Positions 8,942 through 18,589 of a DNA stretch of 64,000 nt are shown one piece after another. Both the position numbers and the translations under genes were made by a program. The stretch is from the IMG/VR virus record IMGVR_UViG_3300017991_000072, positions 1-64,000 of that record, one strand, 5' to 3'. The stretch comes from a virus. The notes under the pieces are model-generated. The model had not been told where the DNA came from and searched no databases. It was given only the letters and a program-made list of their open reading frames with translations. Within the stretch, counting starts at the first letter, position 1. Each line of letters starts with the position of its first letter.

Positions 8942-11440
8942 CTAGAACATGGGAAGGGTCTTCACTTGTCTGGTGAAGGCTTCCATATCGTCACTCTTGG
9001 ACGGGGACACCGGGTTCCTGGCTTCTTCCTTGGCCTCTGTCAGGGTTTCGTTGGTCTTCTTCTGTTCTTCAAGCTGTTGTTCCTGTAGCTCCAGGAGCCG
9101 CTGGTTGGGAGCGTACAGGCCGCCCTGGGCTCCTTCTCCGTATCTGTTGGTCCCCGCCCACAGCTCTGGAGACATCGTTGGCCCCTGGATGTTGGCCGCG
9201 CCAGCCGCCAGGGCTCCCATCCTGGAGATGGCGTCATTCACGTTGTCAAAGAAGATCCCCATGGTCTCCAGCTTGTCTTCATGAAGACCAAACCTGTCAA
9301 GGCTGGCGTTGAAGGTCTCCAACATCTTGGGGTTGAACTTCTCCCCCAGAAGGTAGGCGAATTCCCGCATAGCGTCCAGGGCGTTCTTCATCCCTTCCGC
9401 CTTGCTCTTCAGGTCCTCCTCCGCCTTCCCAACCTTGTCCACTATCTCCGCCTGGGCCAGTTCTCCCTGTTTCTTCAGGGCCTCCAAGACGCCGCCGTAG
9501 CCGCTGACTATCTCCTCTTCCAGGGACCCAAGATCACCAACACCAGCTTCTCCCCGCTCCTTCCGTAGCTCTTCCAGCCGCCTCCTGGCCTGGAAGGCTT
9601 CTCTGGGATCCTTCGCTTCCCTGATGGTCTTCTGAAGGTCCGCCTCCTCCTTCAACATCCCCTTGACTATGTCCGCCATCTTCTTGTAGGCGTCAGACTG
9701 GGCCTTCAGATCTTGGCGTTCCTGGGCCGCCGCCAGTAGCTCCTGTTGACGGGCCAGGCCCTTGGCGTTCTTCTCCTGGTCATCCAAGAGGCCCTTGGCC
9801 TCCCTGAACCCGTCAATCATGTCTTCCACACCATGGACTACGTTGATCTGTTCTTCCGCTATCTTCCGCCATTCCCCGCGTAGCTTCTCCAGGGCCTTGG
9901 CTGACTCTGATAGGGACTCAAACCCTTTGATGATGTTCTTCCTGTAGTCAATGTAGTCCGCCCGTTGGGCCGCCGTCAGGTCACTTGTCTCCGCCAGGTT
10001 CTCCGCCACCTGGTCCGTGGCCTCCGCCACGCCTTCAGCTTCTTCCTTCAGGCCGCCCATCAGGGACTTCATCATCTCCAGCCCTGACCCCTGGCGTTCC
10101 CAGTCTATGTCATCAAAGGCCCCCTTGTATTGGCCCACAGCGTCTATCAGTTCATTCCAGACAGACCCCGCCTCCTTCTCCTCCTCTGACATGTCCGTGA
10201 CTTCACCTGTGATGAAGGCCAGGTGTCTGTTCAGCTTCTCTATCAGCCCCGTGATGAAGCGTAGCTTCTCCATGGTGGCGTCAAATACCTGTTCCAGGAT
10301 CCTCCTGACCAGGCCAAGAAGACCCACGGACTCCTTGGTCCCCTTCGTGGCCACGTTGAAGCCCATGATCATCCGCTTGGTCAAGACTATGGACAGGTAG
10401 GTCATCCTGTAGAACGTGGAAGTCAGCTTGGCCGTCCATTTGTAGATCTCTCTGACAGGCTCCCCCATCCTCCAGAGGACCACAGCCGTCCTGACTGTGG
10501 CTGACAGGATCTTGGTGAACATGGACCAGATGGCCCCCAAGACCGCCTTCCCCAAGGGGGCCAGCCTGGACAGGTTCTCTATGATCAGCTTGAACGTGGC
10601 TCCTATGCTCTTGGCCCAAGCTTGGCCTGTCTCCCCCTGGAAGAAGCTTTGAAGGCCCTTCAACACCTTGTCCAGGACTCCCACCAGGGCGTCAGAGACC
10701 CCGCTGGTGTAGATCAGGTCCTTGAACTGGTTGAACTGGTCCCCTATGTTGGAGATCTTCACTTCCACAGTGTTGGCCATGGCCTCCATGGTCCCGCCAA
10801 ACTGTAGCTGGATGTATTTTCTGATGGTCTCCAAGGCTTTGGTGGGGTTGGACAGGTCAGGGGTGATGTTGGCCGCTTCCAAGGTGGACATGATCTGGTC
10901 CTTGGAGATACTGAACCGCATCATCAAGGAGCGCCAGTTTCCTTCAGCCGCCGCTTCCTTGATGGCCCACTGGGCGTCCTGAAGGGACCGCCCCATCCCG
11001 TAGGCCAGGTCCGCCATGTCCTCCATGACCACTTTTCCGTTCAACATGCTGGTGGGGTCCAGCCCCACAGCCTTGAACGCGCCGAACACATCCACCACAT
11101 CCTGGACCTTGAACGGGGTCCGCGCCGCTATCTCTATGGCTTCGTTCATGGCCTCCGTGGCCCGCGTGATGTCCTTGTAGAGCGCCTTGAACTTGGCCCT
11201 GAAGCCGTCAAAGGTCTGGCCCGTGGCCAGGATAGACTTTCCTATGCTCATGATGGCATAGGTCAGGCCAGCGAAGACCCCCGTCAAGGCTAGTCCGGCC
11301 GGAGCCATCTTCTTCATCCCTTGGCCAAGAGCGCCCAGGCCCTTCATCAGGCCACCGGCCGCCTTCCCAAGGCCAGCCAGGGCTCCCATGACTTTGGACG
11401 CCCCGCTGGTTAGAAAGCTAAGAATTACACTAGCCGCCAT
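8942..11440 (-). CDS. Tape measure protein
   Basis: 832 aa, Ala/Gly/Lys-rich and helical; AARTPFKVQDVVDVF resembles the tape-measure N-terminal domain; long coiled coil; follows the chaperone pair. Confidence 0.85.
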   Translation of the reverse strand: MAASVILSFLTSGASKVMGALAGLGKAAGGLMKGLGALGQGMKKMAPAGLALTGVFAGLTYAIMSIGKSILATGQTFDGFRAKFKALYKDITRATEAMNEAIEIAARTPFKVQDVVDVFGAFKAVGLDPTSMLNGKVVMEDMADLAYGMGRSLQDAQWAIKEAAAEGNWRSLMMRFSISKDQIMSTLEAANITPDLSNPTKALETIRKYIQLQFGGTMEAMANTVEVKISNIGDQFNQFKDLIYTSGVSDALVGVLDKVLKGLQSFFQGETGQAWAKSIGATFKLIIENLSRLAPLGKAVLGAIWSMFTKILSATVRTAVVLWRMGEPVREIYKWTAKLTSTFYRMTYLSIVLTKRMIMGFNVATKGTKESVGLLGLVRRILEQVFDATMEKLRFITGLIEKLNRHLAFITGEVTDMSEEEKEAGSVWNELIDAVGQYKGAFDDIDWERQGSGLEMMKSLMGGLKEEAEGVAEATDQVAENLAETSDLTAAQRADYIDYRKNIIKGFESLSESAKALEKLRGEWRKIAEEQINVVHGVEDMIDGFREAKGLLDDQEKNAKGLARQQELLAAAQERQDLKAQSDAYKKMADIVKGMLKEEADLQKTIREAKDPREAFQARRRLEELRKERGEAGVGDLGSLEEEIVSGYGGVLEALKKQGELAQAEIVDKVGKAEEDLKSKAEGMKNALDAMREFAYLLGEKFNPKMLETFNASLDRFGLHEDKLETMGIFFDNVNDAISRMGALAAGAANIQGPTMSPELWAGTNRYGEGAQGGLYAPNQRLLELQEQQLEEQKKTNETLTEAKEEARNPVSPSKSDDMEAFTRQVKTLPMF

Positions 11441-12552
11441 TATTCAGTTACCCCTTTGGTTGGCTTCCCGAAGATGTCAGTCACGTGAAGACCTGACACC
11501 GTGGTCTTGAACCCACAAGCCTGGTTGAATTCTTGTAGTAGTCCCTTTAGTCTCCCTTCGTTGAACAGGTTTTGGCCGTGCCACAATGGGACCGCCTCTG
11601 AACCCGCGTTCAATGGTGGCTCCTTGCTCTTGACGCCGTGTTTGATCTCCAGATCTTGGCGTCTACGGACTTCAGAGTCCGTTGGGAACAGGTTGAACGC
11701 CGCCCACCCGATACGGACACACCGTAGAAGAACTTCCTTGGTGGGTTCAACTCCATTCCTTTTCATCCTTTGGTAGATGGACCACAGCTCCTTGTTTATG
11801 GACGCCCGCTTGGCCAAGATGTCCTGACCTTCCAGCGCCGCTTTTCTCTCTGGGGTCCATAGCTTGTCCTTCTCCCTCTGTGTCAGGGGCTTCCCTATCC
11901 TGATGGCCTCCTCCGCCAGCCTGGCGTCCTGTTCTATCATCTTGTCAACGTCAGATGAAGACAGATGGGAGAAGTCCACGTCATAGGGGAAGTCCCTGAA
12001 CGGGTCTTCTATGTATCTCCTGGCTTCCGCCTCCTTGATCTTTCCGCGCCTGTCTAGGACAGGCTTGTTTCCTTCGTCAGGGTTTCCGCCGTGGACCCTG
12101 ACCTGGAAGTCTATTTCATCTATTCTACTCTCCACCATGGCCACGGAGTAGACCGTGAACAAGGTGAAGGTCAGTCCATAGATCCTTTCTGTGGCGTTGG
12201 GGAAGCCGCTGTCAGGGCCACATCCAACTCCTTCACAGAGTCCTGGCCTGTGGCCGCGCCAACAGCGTTCTCCTGTGATCCTACATTCGTGGAACTTGGT
12301 TCCTTGGATGTATTCTCTGGTCCAGCCGTAGCTTCTGGCGAAGGCTTCATAGACTCTGTAGCGTTGGAGGGAAGCTTGAAACCGCGCTTCAAAGCCGCCT
12401 TCTTCATCTTGTCCAGGGCTTCCTGGCGGGATGTCTTGTGGTCCTCCACTTCCGCCAGAGTCTCCAGAGTGATGTCCAACATCTCCTGACTGGGGTTCCT
12501 CCCCTTCCTGATGTTGATCCCAAACATCTCCAGGAAGCCCTCCAAATTTTTT
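11440..12552 (-). CDS. gpT-like part of tail assembly chaperone, reached by -1 frameshift
   Basis: Frame of ORF 11440..12162 stays open without start codons up to 12591; it is the -1 frame of 12171..12995 and encodes YEAFARSYGWTREYI, a gpT-like motif. Confidence 0.65.
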   Translation of the reverse strand, partial: KKFGGLPGDVWDQHQEGEEPQSGDVGHHSGDSGGSGGPQDIPPGSPGQDEEGGFEARFQASLQRYRVYEAFARSYGWTREYIQGTKFHECRITGERCWRGHRPGLCEGVGCGPDSGFPNATERIYGLTFTLFTVYSVAMVESRIDEIDFQVRVHGGNPDEGNKPVLDRRGKIKEAEARRYIEDPFRDFPYDVDFSHLSSSDVDKMIEQDARLAEEAIRIGKPLTQREKDKLWTPERKAALEGQDILAKRASINKELWSIYQRMKRNGVEPTKEVLLRCVRIGWAAFNLFPTDSEVRRRQDLEIKHGVKSKEPPLNAGSEAVPLWHGQNLFNEGRLKGLLQEFNQACGFKTTVSGLHVTDIFGKPTKGVTE

Positions 12553-12995
12553 CGGATGTCTTCCGGTAGGCCCTTCATGGAGAAATTCTGTTCATACAGG
12601 ACAGAGATGATGTGGACGCCTTGACGAAGGGTCATCTTCTTCCTGATGTCCTCCGCGTCCTGTTGTGTGGCTATCCCTATGATCTTGGCCACGCGCCCGC
12701 TAGAAAGCATTTCCTGGAGCGTTTCCTTGATCGTGGTGATCCCCACAGCGATAGGGTCAACGTCCACCTGTTCCTCCACGGACTTCCGCTTCCCGTCCCT
12801 GGACATCAGCGCCTCCGCGATAGCGGACGCCGCCCTGGCGAACATTTCACCTATTTCCACCCATAGCTGTTCAAACTCCCCTTCAGTCAAGGGGAGAATT
12901 TCATGGGCCTCTGTCCCTATCACTATGGTTCTCTTGTCAGTGTCAGGTAGGAGGAACCGGTATTCCTCCGGAACCTCCTTCAACTTCTGTGACAT
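12171..12995 (-). CDS. Tail assembly chaperone (gpG-like)
   Basis: Position before tape measure; slippery A AAA AAT at 12546-12552; AGGAGG SD. Confidence 0.7.
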   Translation of the reverse strand: MSQKLKEVPEEYRFLLPDTDKRTIVIGTEAHEILPLTEGEFEQLWVEIGEMFARAASAIAEALMSRDGKRKSVEEQVDVDPIAVGITTIKETLQEMLSSGRVAKIIGIATQQDAEDIRKKMTLRQGVHIISVLYEQNFSMKGLPEDIRKNLEGFLEMFGINIRKGRNPSQEMLDITLETLAEVEDHKTSRQEALDKMKKAALKRGFKLPSNATESMKPSPEATAGPENTSKEPSSTNVGSQENAVGAATGQDSVKELDVALTAASPTPQKGSMD

Positions 12996-13031
12996 CGTGT
13001 CCTCCTGGGTTCGTGTTTTCGTGCCAATTCA

Positions 13032-14009
13032 TCATGATGTGGTGACCATGACGGGTTCCGCTGGATCACTGGGGGTCCAGTTGTATTTATCCATGTAAAC
13101 GTAGGCCCCAAGGGGTCCTCCGCGCCTGGCCCTGGCCGTTATCGTGACCCAGTAGTCACCCGGAGCCGTTGACAAGGCGAACCCGCCCGCCTCATCTCCT
13201 CCGTTGAAGGTGGTAGCCACGGATGGGATGGCCGCGTCAGCCGCCGCTATGGTAGCGTCAGGGATCATGTCTGGCGTCAGGGCCGTGGGTTTCTCACTCC
13301 TGACCCAAATGTCATAGAACATGACCACTTCATCCTCCACGGGCTGGATGGTGAAGATGACTTCCCCGATACCTCCAGACACATCCGCGAAAGACGGAAC
13401 ACTGGGCTGTTCCAACTGGGTCTTCAGACCAAGCTGTCCTTCATCCCCAAGACAGGAGTCAGGCTTGAACTTGGACAGATTGATCACGATGGAGCCCAAA
13501 GGGAAGGCCGTGTCATTCAGTGTGAAGGTTGGCGGGCTCCCTGGAACAGGTATCTGGACGTTTACCAGGTAGGGCAGAGGAGGAGGCTGGTTAACTATTT
13601 CATGGACGAAGTAGAACCTGAAGCTGTCAACGTCAACTGTTGGATCTACGGAAAAGTCCCTGATGACTAGAAGAAAGTCACCTTCCTCTACTTGAAGGGC
13701 GTCCAGATCTGTGGGGTAGTATAGCGGAATGTATGCTTGGAGCGAAGGGAAAGCCTGTGGTTCTTCTTCTAGGATGGCGTAGGGGATCCTGTGGGACAGC
13801 GCCTTGGGCGTTCCTTCCAGAAGGTCCCTGACCAGGCCGGTGATCTCCTTGAAGTATTGACGCTGGCCCGCCACGCCCTTCAGAATAGGAACTTCAGCTA
13901 TCTGGTCTTCCTTGTCTACCCTGACGCTGTCAATGGACACAGAGACATTCTGTTCCTGTTGGGTGTTGTCACTGGCCCTTGTGTATCGTTGACCTATTTG
14001 GATGGCCAT
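13032..14009 (-). CDS. Virion structural protein, paralog B (tail tube/decoration candidate)
   Basis: Colinear similarity to 14023..14997 (IGQRYTRASD, DSVRVDK, PTDLDALQ, TPSDPAEPV). Confidence 0.7.
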   Translation of the reverse strand: MAIQIGQRYTRASDNTQQEQNVSVSIDSVRVDKEDQIAEVPILKGVAGQRQYFKEITGLVRDLLEGTPKALSHRIPYAILEEEPQAFPSLQAYIPLYYPTDLDALQVEEGDFLLVIRDFSVDPTVDVDSFRFYFVHEIVNQPPPLPYLVNVQIPVPGSPPTFTLNDTAFPLGSIVINLSKFKPDSCLGDEGQLGLKTQLEQPSVPSFADVSGGIGEVIFTIQPVEDEVVMFYDIWVRSEKPTALTPDMIPDATIAAADAAIPSVATTFNGGDEAGGFALSTAPGDYWVTITARARRGGPLGAYVYMDKYNWTPSDPAEPVMVTTS

Positions 14010-14022
14010 CTTCTCCTCCTTC

Positions 14023-14997
14023 TTATGATGTGGTGGTCACCAGAACGGGTTCAGCCGGATCACTTGGCGTCTTGGAGTATTTGCTGAAGTAGTTCAGGAT
14101 CCCTGAAGTAGTGTCAGCGTTCTTTACGTTGGCCGTGACCGTGACCCAGTAGTCATCCACGCTGATGTTCCCGCCACCAGCGAAACCTCCGCCCCCGTAG
14201 GTAGTTATGACCTGGGGAACGCCAACCTGGGAAACGTAGATAGACTCATCTGGGATCATGTCAGGAGTCACCGCCTGGATCTTCTCCTGTGTGACCCAGA
14301 TGTCAAAGGACTCCACAGCTTCATCATCATGTGGATCCACTGTGACCGTTATCTGGATCGTTCCTCCTTCCGCCGTAAAGGTGGGGGAGGCTGGCTGTTC
14401 AAGCCGTGACTTCATCCCAAACTGACCTTCATCTCCCAAGGTGGAGTCAAACTTGAGCTTGGACAGATTGACCAAGATGGAGCCCAGGTAGTAAGGAACA
14501 GGGATGTCCGTCCAGCCCGGGGTAGCGCCTGACACAGGGATCTTCACCGCCGCCTGGGCCGGTGCGGGAGGGGTCCCTGGCGTGATCTCATGACAGAACA
14601 GGTATTCAAAGGCCCCGGGGGTGGTGTCCGTCAAGGGGTCCACGGAAAAGTCCCGAAGAAGGAGGAGGAAGTCACCTACCTCCAACTGAAGGGCGTCCAA
14701 GTCCGTGGGGTTGTATAGTTCTATGTAGGTGTCCAGGGCTTCAATGGGGGCCGCCGTCAGGATGGCGTAGGGGATGTTCCTGGAGATCCCCTGGGGGCTT
14801 CCCTCCAGAAGGTCCCTGACCAGGCTTGTGACCTCCTTGAAGTAGGTCCTCTGGCCAACTGTTCCCTTGATAACGGGGACTTCAAGGATCTGGCCGCCCT
14901 TGTCCACCCTGACGCTGTCCATGGACACCGTGACGTTGTCCTCCTGTTGGGACTTATCGCTGGCCCTGGTATATCTCTGTCCTATCGTGATGGACAT
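14023..14997 (-). CDS. Virion structural protein, paralog A (tail tube/decoration candidate)
   Basis: Tandem duplicate of 13032..14009; strong SD. Confidence 0.7.
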   Translation of the reverse strand: MSITIGQRYTRASDKSQQEDNVTVSMDSVRVDKGGQILEVPVIKGTVGQRTYFKEVTSLVRDLLEGSPQGISRNIPYAILTAAPIEALDTYIELYNPTDLDALQLEVGDFLLLLRDFSVDPLTDTTPGAFEYLFCHEITPGTPPAPAQAAVKIPVSGATPGWTDIPVPYYLGSILVNLSKLKFDSTLGDEGQFGMKSRLEQPASPTFTAEGGTIQITVTVDPHDDEAVESFDIWVTQEKIQAVTPDMIPDESIYVSQVGVPQVITTYGGGGFAGGGNISVDDYWVTVTANVKNADTTSGILNYFSKYSKTPSDPAEPVLVTTTS

Positions 14998-15008
14998 TTT
15001 GTCCTCCT

Positions 15009-15305
15009 TTACACTGGGATCCTTCTCTTTCCCGTGGCTGAAATGTTGAACAGTTGAACGCCAGGCTCTACCTGGGTTATGTTTGGCTGACCGTCCATTG
15101 TGAAACCGCCTTCCCCTCCAGGGAAGACTTCATAGATCCGCTGAAGCCCGTATTCCAAGGTGGTCCAGTCTATGGTCCACTTCTTGACTTCTATCAGGGC
15201 GTTCCTGACAGCCACGCCTGTTCCCCTGACAGAACTTGAAATGTGGTTCTGGGGGTAGCGGTAGACCAACTCGTGTTCATAGTGTAGGGCTTCTCCGGCC
15301 GCCAT
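15009..15305 (-). CDS. Small tail-module protein, paralogous to 15305..15631
   Basis: FTMDGQPNITQVEPGVQLFNISATGK vs YAMDGEPDVSEISPQTRIYNVRVNGK. Confidence 0.6.
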   Translation of the reverse strand: MAAGEALHYEHELVYRYPQNHISSSVRGTGVAVRNALIEVKKWTIDWTTLEYGLQRIYEVFPGGEGGFTMDGQPNITQVEPGVQLFNISATGKRRIPV

Positions 15306-15631
15306 TATCCAGCGGGGACTATCACTGTCCCCGTCTCCTCTATTTCAGGCGTCAGGGGGGACGTTCCAAAGCCCTTCCCGTTCACCCTTACGTTGTAGAT
15401 CCTGGTCTGTGGGCTGATTTCACTGACATCCGGTTCCCCGTCCATGGCGTAGATCCCTTCTTCTTCGTTTATGGCTTCGTCTATGAAGTCCTGGATTTCA
15501 TCTTCATTCAGAAACAGTCCAGTCACCTGGATCATGTGGATGTAGCCTTTCAGCCGCCCCACGTTTGATCCTGGTGTAGTGGACGTGTTCTTGTAGACAG
15601 GGATGGAATACCGGAGCGTGTTTTTACCCAT
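15305..15631 (-). CDS. Small tail-module protein
   Basis: TAATG coupling; paralogy as above. Confidence 0.6.
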   Translation of the reverse strand: MGKNTLRYSIPVYKNTSTTPGSNVGRLKGYIHMIQVTGLFLNEDEIQDFIDEAINEEEGIYAMDGEPDVSEISPQTRIYNVRVNGKGFGTSPLTPEIEETGTVIVPAG

Positions 15632-15634
15632 TAG

Positions 15635-16369
15635 CTAGACCGTAGGAGGCCAAATACCGGCCTGATCGGATCCGTAGTGTTCCTCTATTGTGACTTCAGC
15701 CGTGGCCCAAGCTTCCGCGCTGAAGGTGGTGGTCCTGGAGATGGTGAAATTGGTGGCCAACACCTGGGCCGGAATGGACACACCTTGGACCAGGTGGAGC
15801 GCCCCTACACCGTCAGTCTGTGGAACCACCTTCCGTAGTTCAAACGTGAACTTGTGCCAGTCAGTGATGGACCTGTCCTGGCGTGGGTTGATCAGGATAG
15901 CGTCCTCTATGGTGACGCTGACCGCGCTGGCCGCCGGAATGGCCGTCCCTAGCGTCAAGGTGTATCCTGGGCTCCCGTGTTTGTTTTCTTCGTAGCCTAG
16001 ACCAGCGGTAGGGAGATCCCCAAACCCTGTCACCGTCATGGTGACTTCCTTGGACAAGATCAGAAAGCCGTCAATGAAGACCAGCTTGTCCAATGGCGGA
16101 AGGTTCCCGTCAATGTAGGCTTCATGGGTGGCCACGTTTTCAGACTCCGTCAACGTGACCGTCTCCAGCGTCCTCTGTAGGTCGTTTTCAGCCTGTGGGG
16201 CCAATCCCCAGGCCAGGTTTGTGATGTCTGTGGTGGTCTGTGAGACCGTCCCAGTCTCCGTCCTGTAGACCAGGTCAATGTCCAGGCCGTCCCTGAACTC
16301 TATCAGGTCCGTGGTCCTGGCCAGAGACAGGGAGTCGAAACCAACTGTTCCGAAACCAGGTAGTGGCAT
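15635..16369 (-). CDS. Major tail tube protein candidate
   Basis: Thr-rich, beta-rich, 244 aa, directly after the tail-terminator position. Confidence 0.5.
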   Translation of the reverse strand: MPLPGFGTVGFDSLSLARTTDLIEFRDGLDIDLVYRTETGTVSQTTTDITNLAWGLAPQAENDLQRTLETVTLTESENVATHEAYIDGNLPPLDKLVFIDGFLILSKEVTMTVTGFGDLPTAGLGYEENKHGSPGYTLTLGTAIPAASAVSVTIEDAILINPRQDRSITDWHKFTFELRKVVPQTDGVGALHLVQGVSIPAQVLATNFTISRTTTFSAEAWATAEVTIEEHYGSDQAGIWPPTV

Positions 16370-16381
16370 ACTATCCTCCTA

Positions 16382-16888
16382 TCAAAGAATTACATTTGGC
16401 CGTGGGACGTAGACGTAGTATGTCAGGGGGACAAACTCCACCCCGTCCATGGCTCCCTCATTTTCCGGTCTGGCCATCCCCGTGGCCGATTGTAGAGGAC
16501 CACGTTCTTCAAACCTGATAGCCATTTCCAGCTCTTCACCTTCAAACGTAACCGGGGCCGGGACTTTAGGGTCAACCGTGAAGTCCAAGAATGGGATGGA
16601 CCTGACGTTCAGGGCCTCCCGTAACCGTGTGATCAGTTCTTCCAGCCTCCGTCCCAGTCTATCGTTGACAGGTCTATTGAAACAGCGGAACATCACCGTG
16701 TTGGTAGTGTAGGGGCCGCGCCCAAATGAAATCCAGTTCACGTCCACCCACACGTCCATGGATGGGGTGACCTTGAAAGCCGCGTCCCCGTAGTTCACGG
16801 AATACCCATAGGTCTCCGTGATCCCTTCGTGGACCACTTTCTGGACACTAGCTTTGATGTTTAGGTCTACAGTATCTTCCAGACTCAT
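16382..16888 (-). CDS. Tail terminator-like protein
   Basis: Size and synteny after HK97-gp10-like gene. Confidence 0.5.
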   Translation of the reverse strand: MSLEDTVDLNIKASVQKVVHEGITETYGYSVNYGDAAFKVTPSMDVWVDVNWISFGRGPYTTNTVMFRCFNRPVNDRLGRRLEELITRLREALNVRSIPFLDFTVDPKVPAPVTFEGEELEMAIRFEERGPLQSATGMARPENEGAMDGVEFVPLTYYVYVPRPNVIL

Positions 16889-17364
16889 TTCAATGTCTTG
16901 GTTATCCCGTTTTTCAGGGCCAAGGGGATGGTGTATCTAGCCCTGGCTCTGGTTTCAGGGAGCGTTGATTTCACGATCCCCAAGGGTTTGGTCCCTGGGT
17001 GGTTCACCCAGGCCACCAGTGATATGTCAGACAAGGCTACCAGGGGACCCATCTGTTGGTCCGCCGGGAAGACCGTCAGAGCCTTCTTTGACCGTGGCCT
17101 GATGATGTGTGGCCTGGTCCCGTACTCCAGATAGTCCGCCACTTTGGACGTGTTGTAGACCCTGAACCCCTTTTCTGGGGGACGGTACATCCTGACCTTC
17201 CACTTGGATCTGGTGGTTCCCAGTCTCTTGGGGGTCTTGGATTTCACCCTAGCCAAGGTCCACTTGGACAAGTCCCTGACAGCTCCGCGTAGCTCCCGCC
17301 GTTCGTTCCGCTCCAGCTTCCCTACCCATTTGAAGCCCTTGATGATGTTCTTCATGGCTATCAT
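16885..17364 (-). CDS. HK97 gp10-like tail completion protein
   Basis: Basic; TPKRLG..R..W, YLEYGTRPH and HPGTKP motifs. Confidence 0.75.
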   Translation of the reverse strand: MIAMKNIIKGFKWVGKLERNERRELRGAVRDLSKWTLARVKSKTPKRLGTTRSKWKVRMYRPPEKGFRVYNTSKVADYLEYGTRPHIIRPRSKKALTVFPADQQMGPLVALSDISLVAWVNHPGTKPLGIVKSTLPETRARARYTIPLALKNGITKTLK

Positions 17365-17777
17365 CAGAACCCCGTCTTCTGTGGCCGTAGGTGTAGTTCA
17401 CACCGTCCGGACGGTTCGTGAAAGGTCTTCCGCTGGATGGACCAAAGGTTCCCAGATCCGGACACCATTTCAATGATGTCCGTCTCTTCAGGATCGTGGT
17501 CATAGATGACCACCAACTGATCCTTAGATTGGATCAGCCCCCCAGAATTGGCTATCTTGAACTCCGTGAAGTCCATGAAGGTACAGGGGAACGAACCAAT
17601 GACCACGTCAGTCACGGTCCCTTCAGAGCCCGCGTAGGGGACATCATCGTTCCGCTGATACCTGTGGACAGTCAAGAAGGGATGGCCAAGCCGTAGCCTG
17701 TCCGTCTCCCAGATGACATGTCTGTCCACGTCATGGATGTAGTCTACGTGGTGTTGGCTGATTGGGGTTCTGATCAT
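17364..17777 (-). CDS. Head closure/stopper-like protein
   Basis: Synteny and size. Confidence 0.5.
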   Translation of the reverse strand: MIRTPISQHHVDYIHDVDRHVIWETDRLRLGHPFLTVHRYQRNDDVPYAGSEGTVTDVVIGSFPCTFMDFTEFKIANSGGLIQSKDQLVVIYDHDPEETDIIEMVSGSGNLWSIQRKTFHEPSGRCELHLRPQKTGF

Positions 17778-18586
17778 AGGGGAGCCTCTACTTCATCTGA
17801 AACAGCTACTTTCCCATTGATGTCCTCCGTGACCACCACAAAGAACCAGGAACCTGGTGTCAGGTCACTGACTCTGATGGATGTCTTGTGACGTTCCTTG
17901 ATGGTCTTCAACAGCTCCGCGCTGTTCTTCACGCCCTTGTAGTCCGCGTCTGGATCGTTCAGCGTGGTGGCGTCAGCCAGCCCGCTGTTGGTGTCCGCGT
18001 AGACTTTGTAGGTGTAGAAGTCCGTGTCAGTGTTTTCAGACCAAACAAGATCACAGGAGTCAGGTGGGTTCAGCGCCGCTACAGACAAAGAAGAAGCTTC
18101 AGGCCCCTCTTGGACTGACAGGGGAGTGATGTGGTCCCACAGGTCATCATAGCTGACCAGAGTCCCCATGGTGACCGTCTCCCCTACCTTGGCCCCTATT
18201 TCCAGGTCTTCACAGACCTGGTCATATTCCATTCCTAGCGTCTCCACCAGCTTCATGATGTTGTCAAACCTGGCGGAAGGATCCGCTTCACCCTGTTGGC
18301 CCTTGACGGGAAACTGAAGGGAGACCTGGGTGGCCCTCCACATACAGACTTCCCTCCAGGCCAGGAGGATGACCGGGGCCTCCTCCGCCTTGGGTAGCGT
18401 GTCCCACGTGTAGTCAGGATTGTGGCGTAGAAGGGCTTCCTCCAGGAACGTGGACGCCTCCGCTGAAGAGATTTCAAATTCGTCCTGTTCCTTGATCCGT
18501 GAACGGGACACCAACCGGCTGGTCAAATTGACCAACCGGCTGGTCCCGATAACGGAGGAAACGTCAATCAGCTCCACTATGGGCAT
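17774..18586 (-). CDS. Head-tail adaptor with C-terminal fibronectin type III-like domain
   Basis: LVWS..TDFYTYKVY..VSDLTPGSWFFVVVTED..G..SDEV is Fn3-like; synteny after capsid gene. Confidence 0.55.
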   Translation of the reverse strand: MPIVELIDVSSVIGTSRLVNLTSRLVSRSRIKEQDEFEISSAEASTFLEEALLRHNPDYTWDTLPKAEEAPVILLAWREVCMWRATQVSLQFPVKGQQGEADPSARFDNIMKLVETLGMEYDQVCEDLEIGAKVGETVTMGTLVSYDDLWDHITPLSVQEGPEASSLSVAALNPPDSCDLVWSENTDTDFYTYKVYADTNSGLADATTLNDPDADYKGVKNSAELLKTIKERHKTSIRVSDLTPGSWFFVVVTEDINGKVAVSDEVEAPL

Positions 18587-18589
18587 GAT

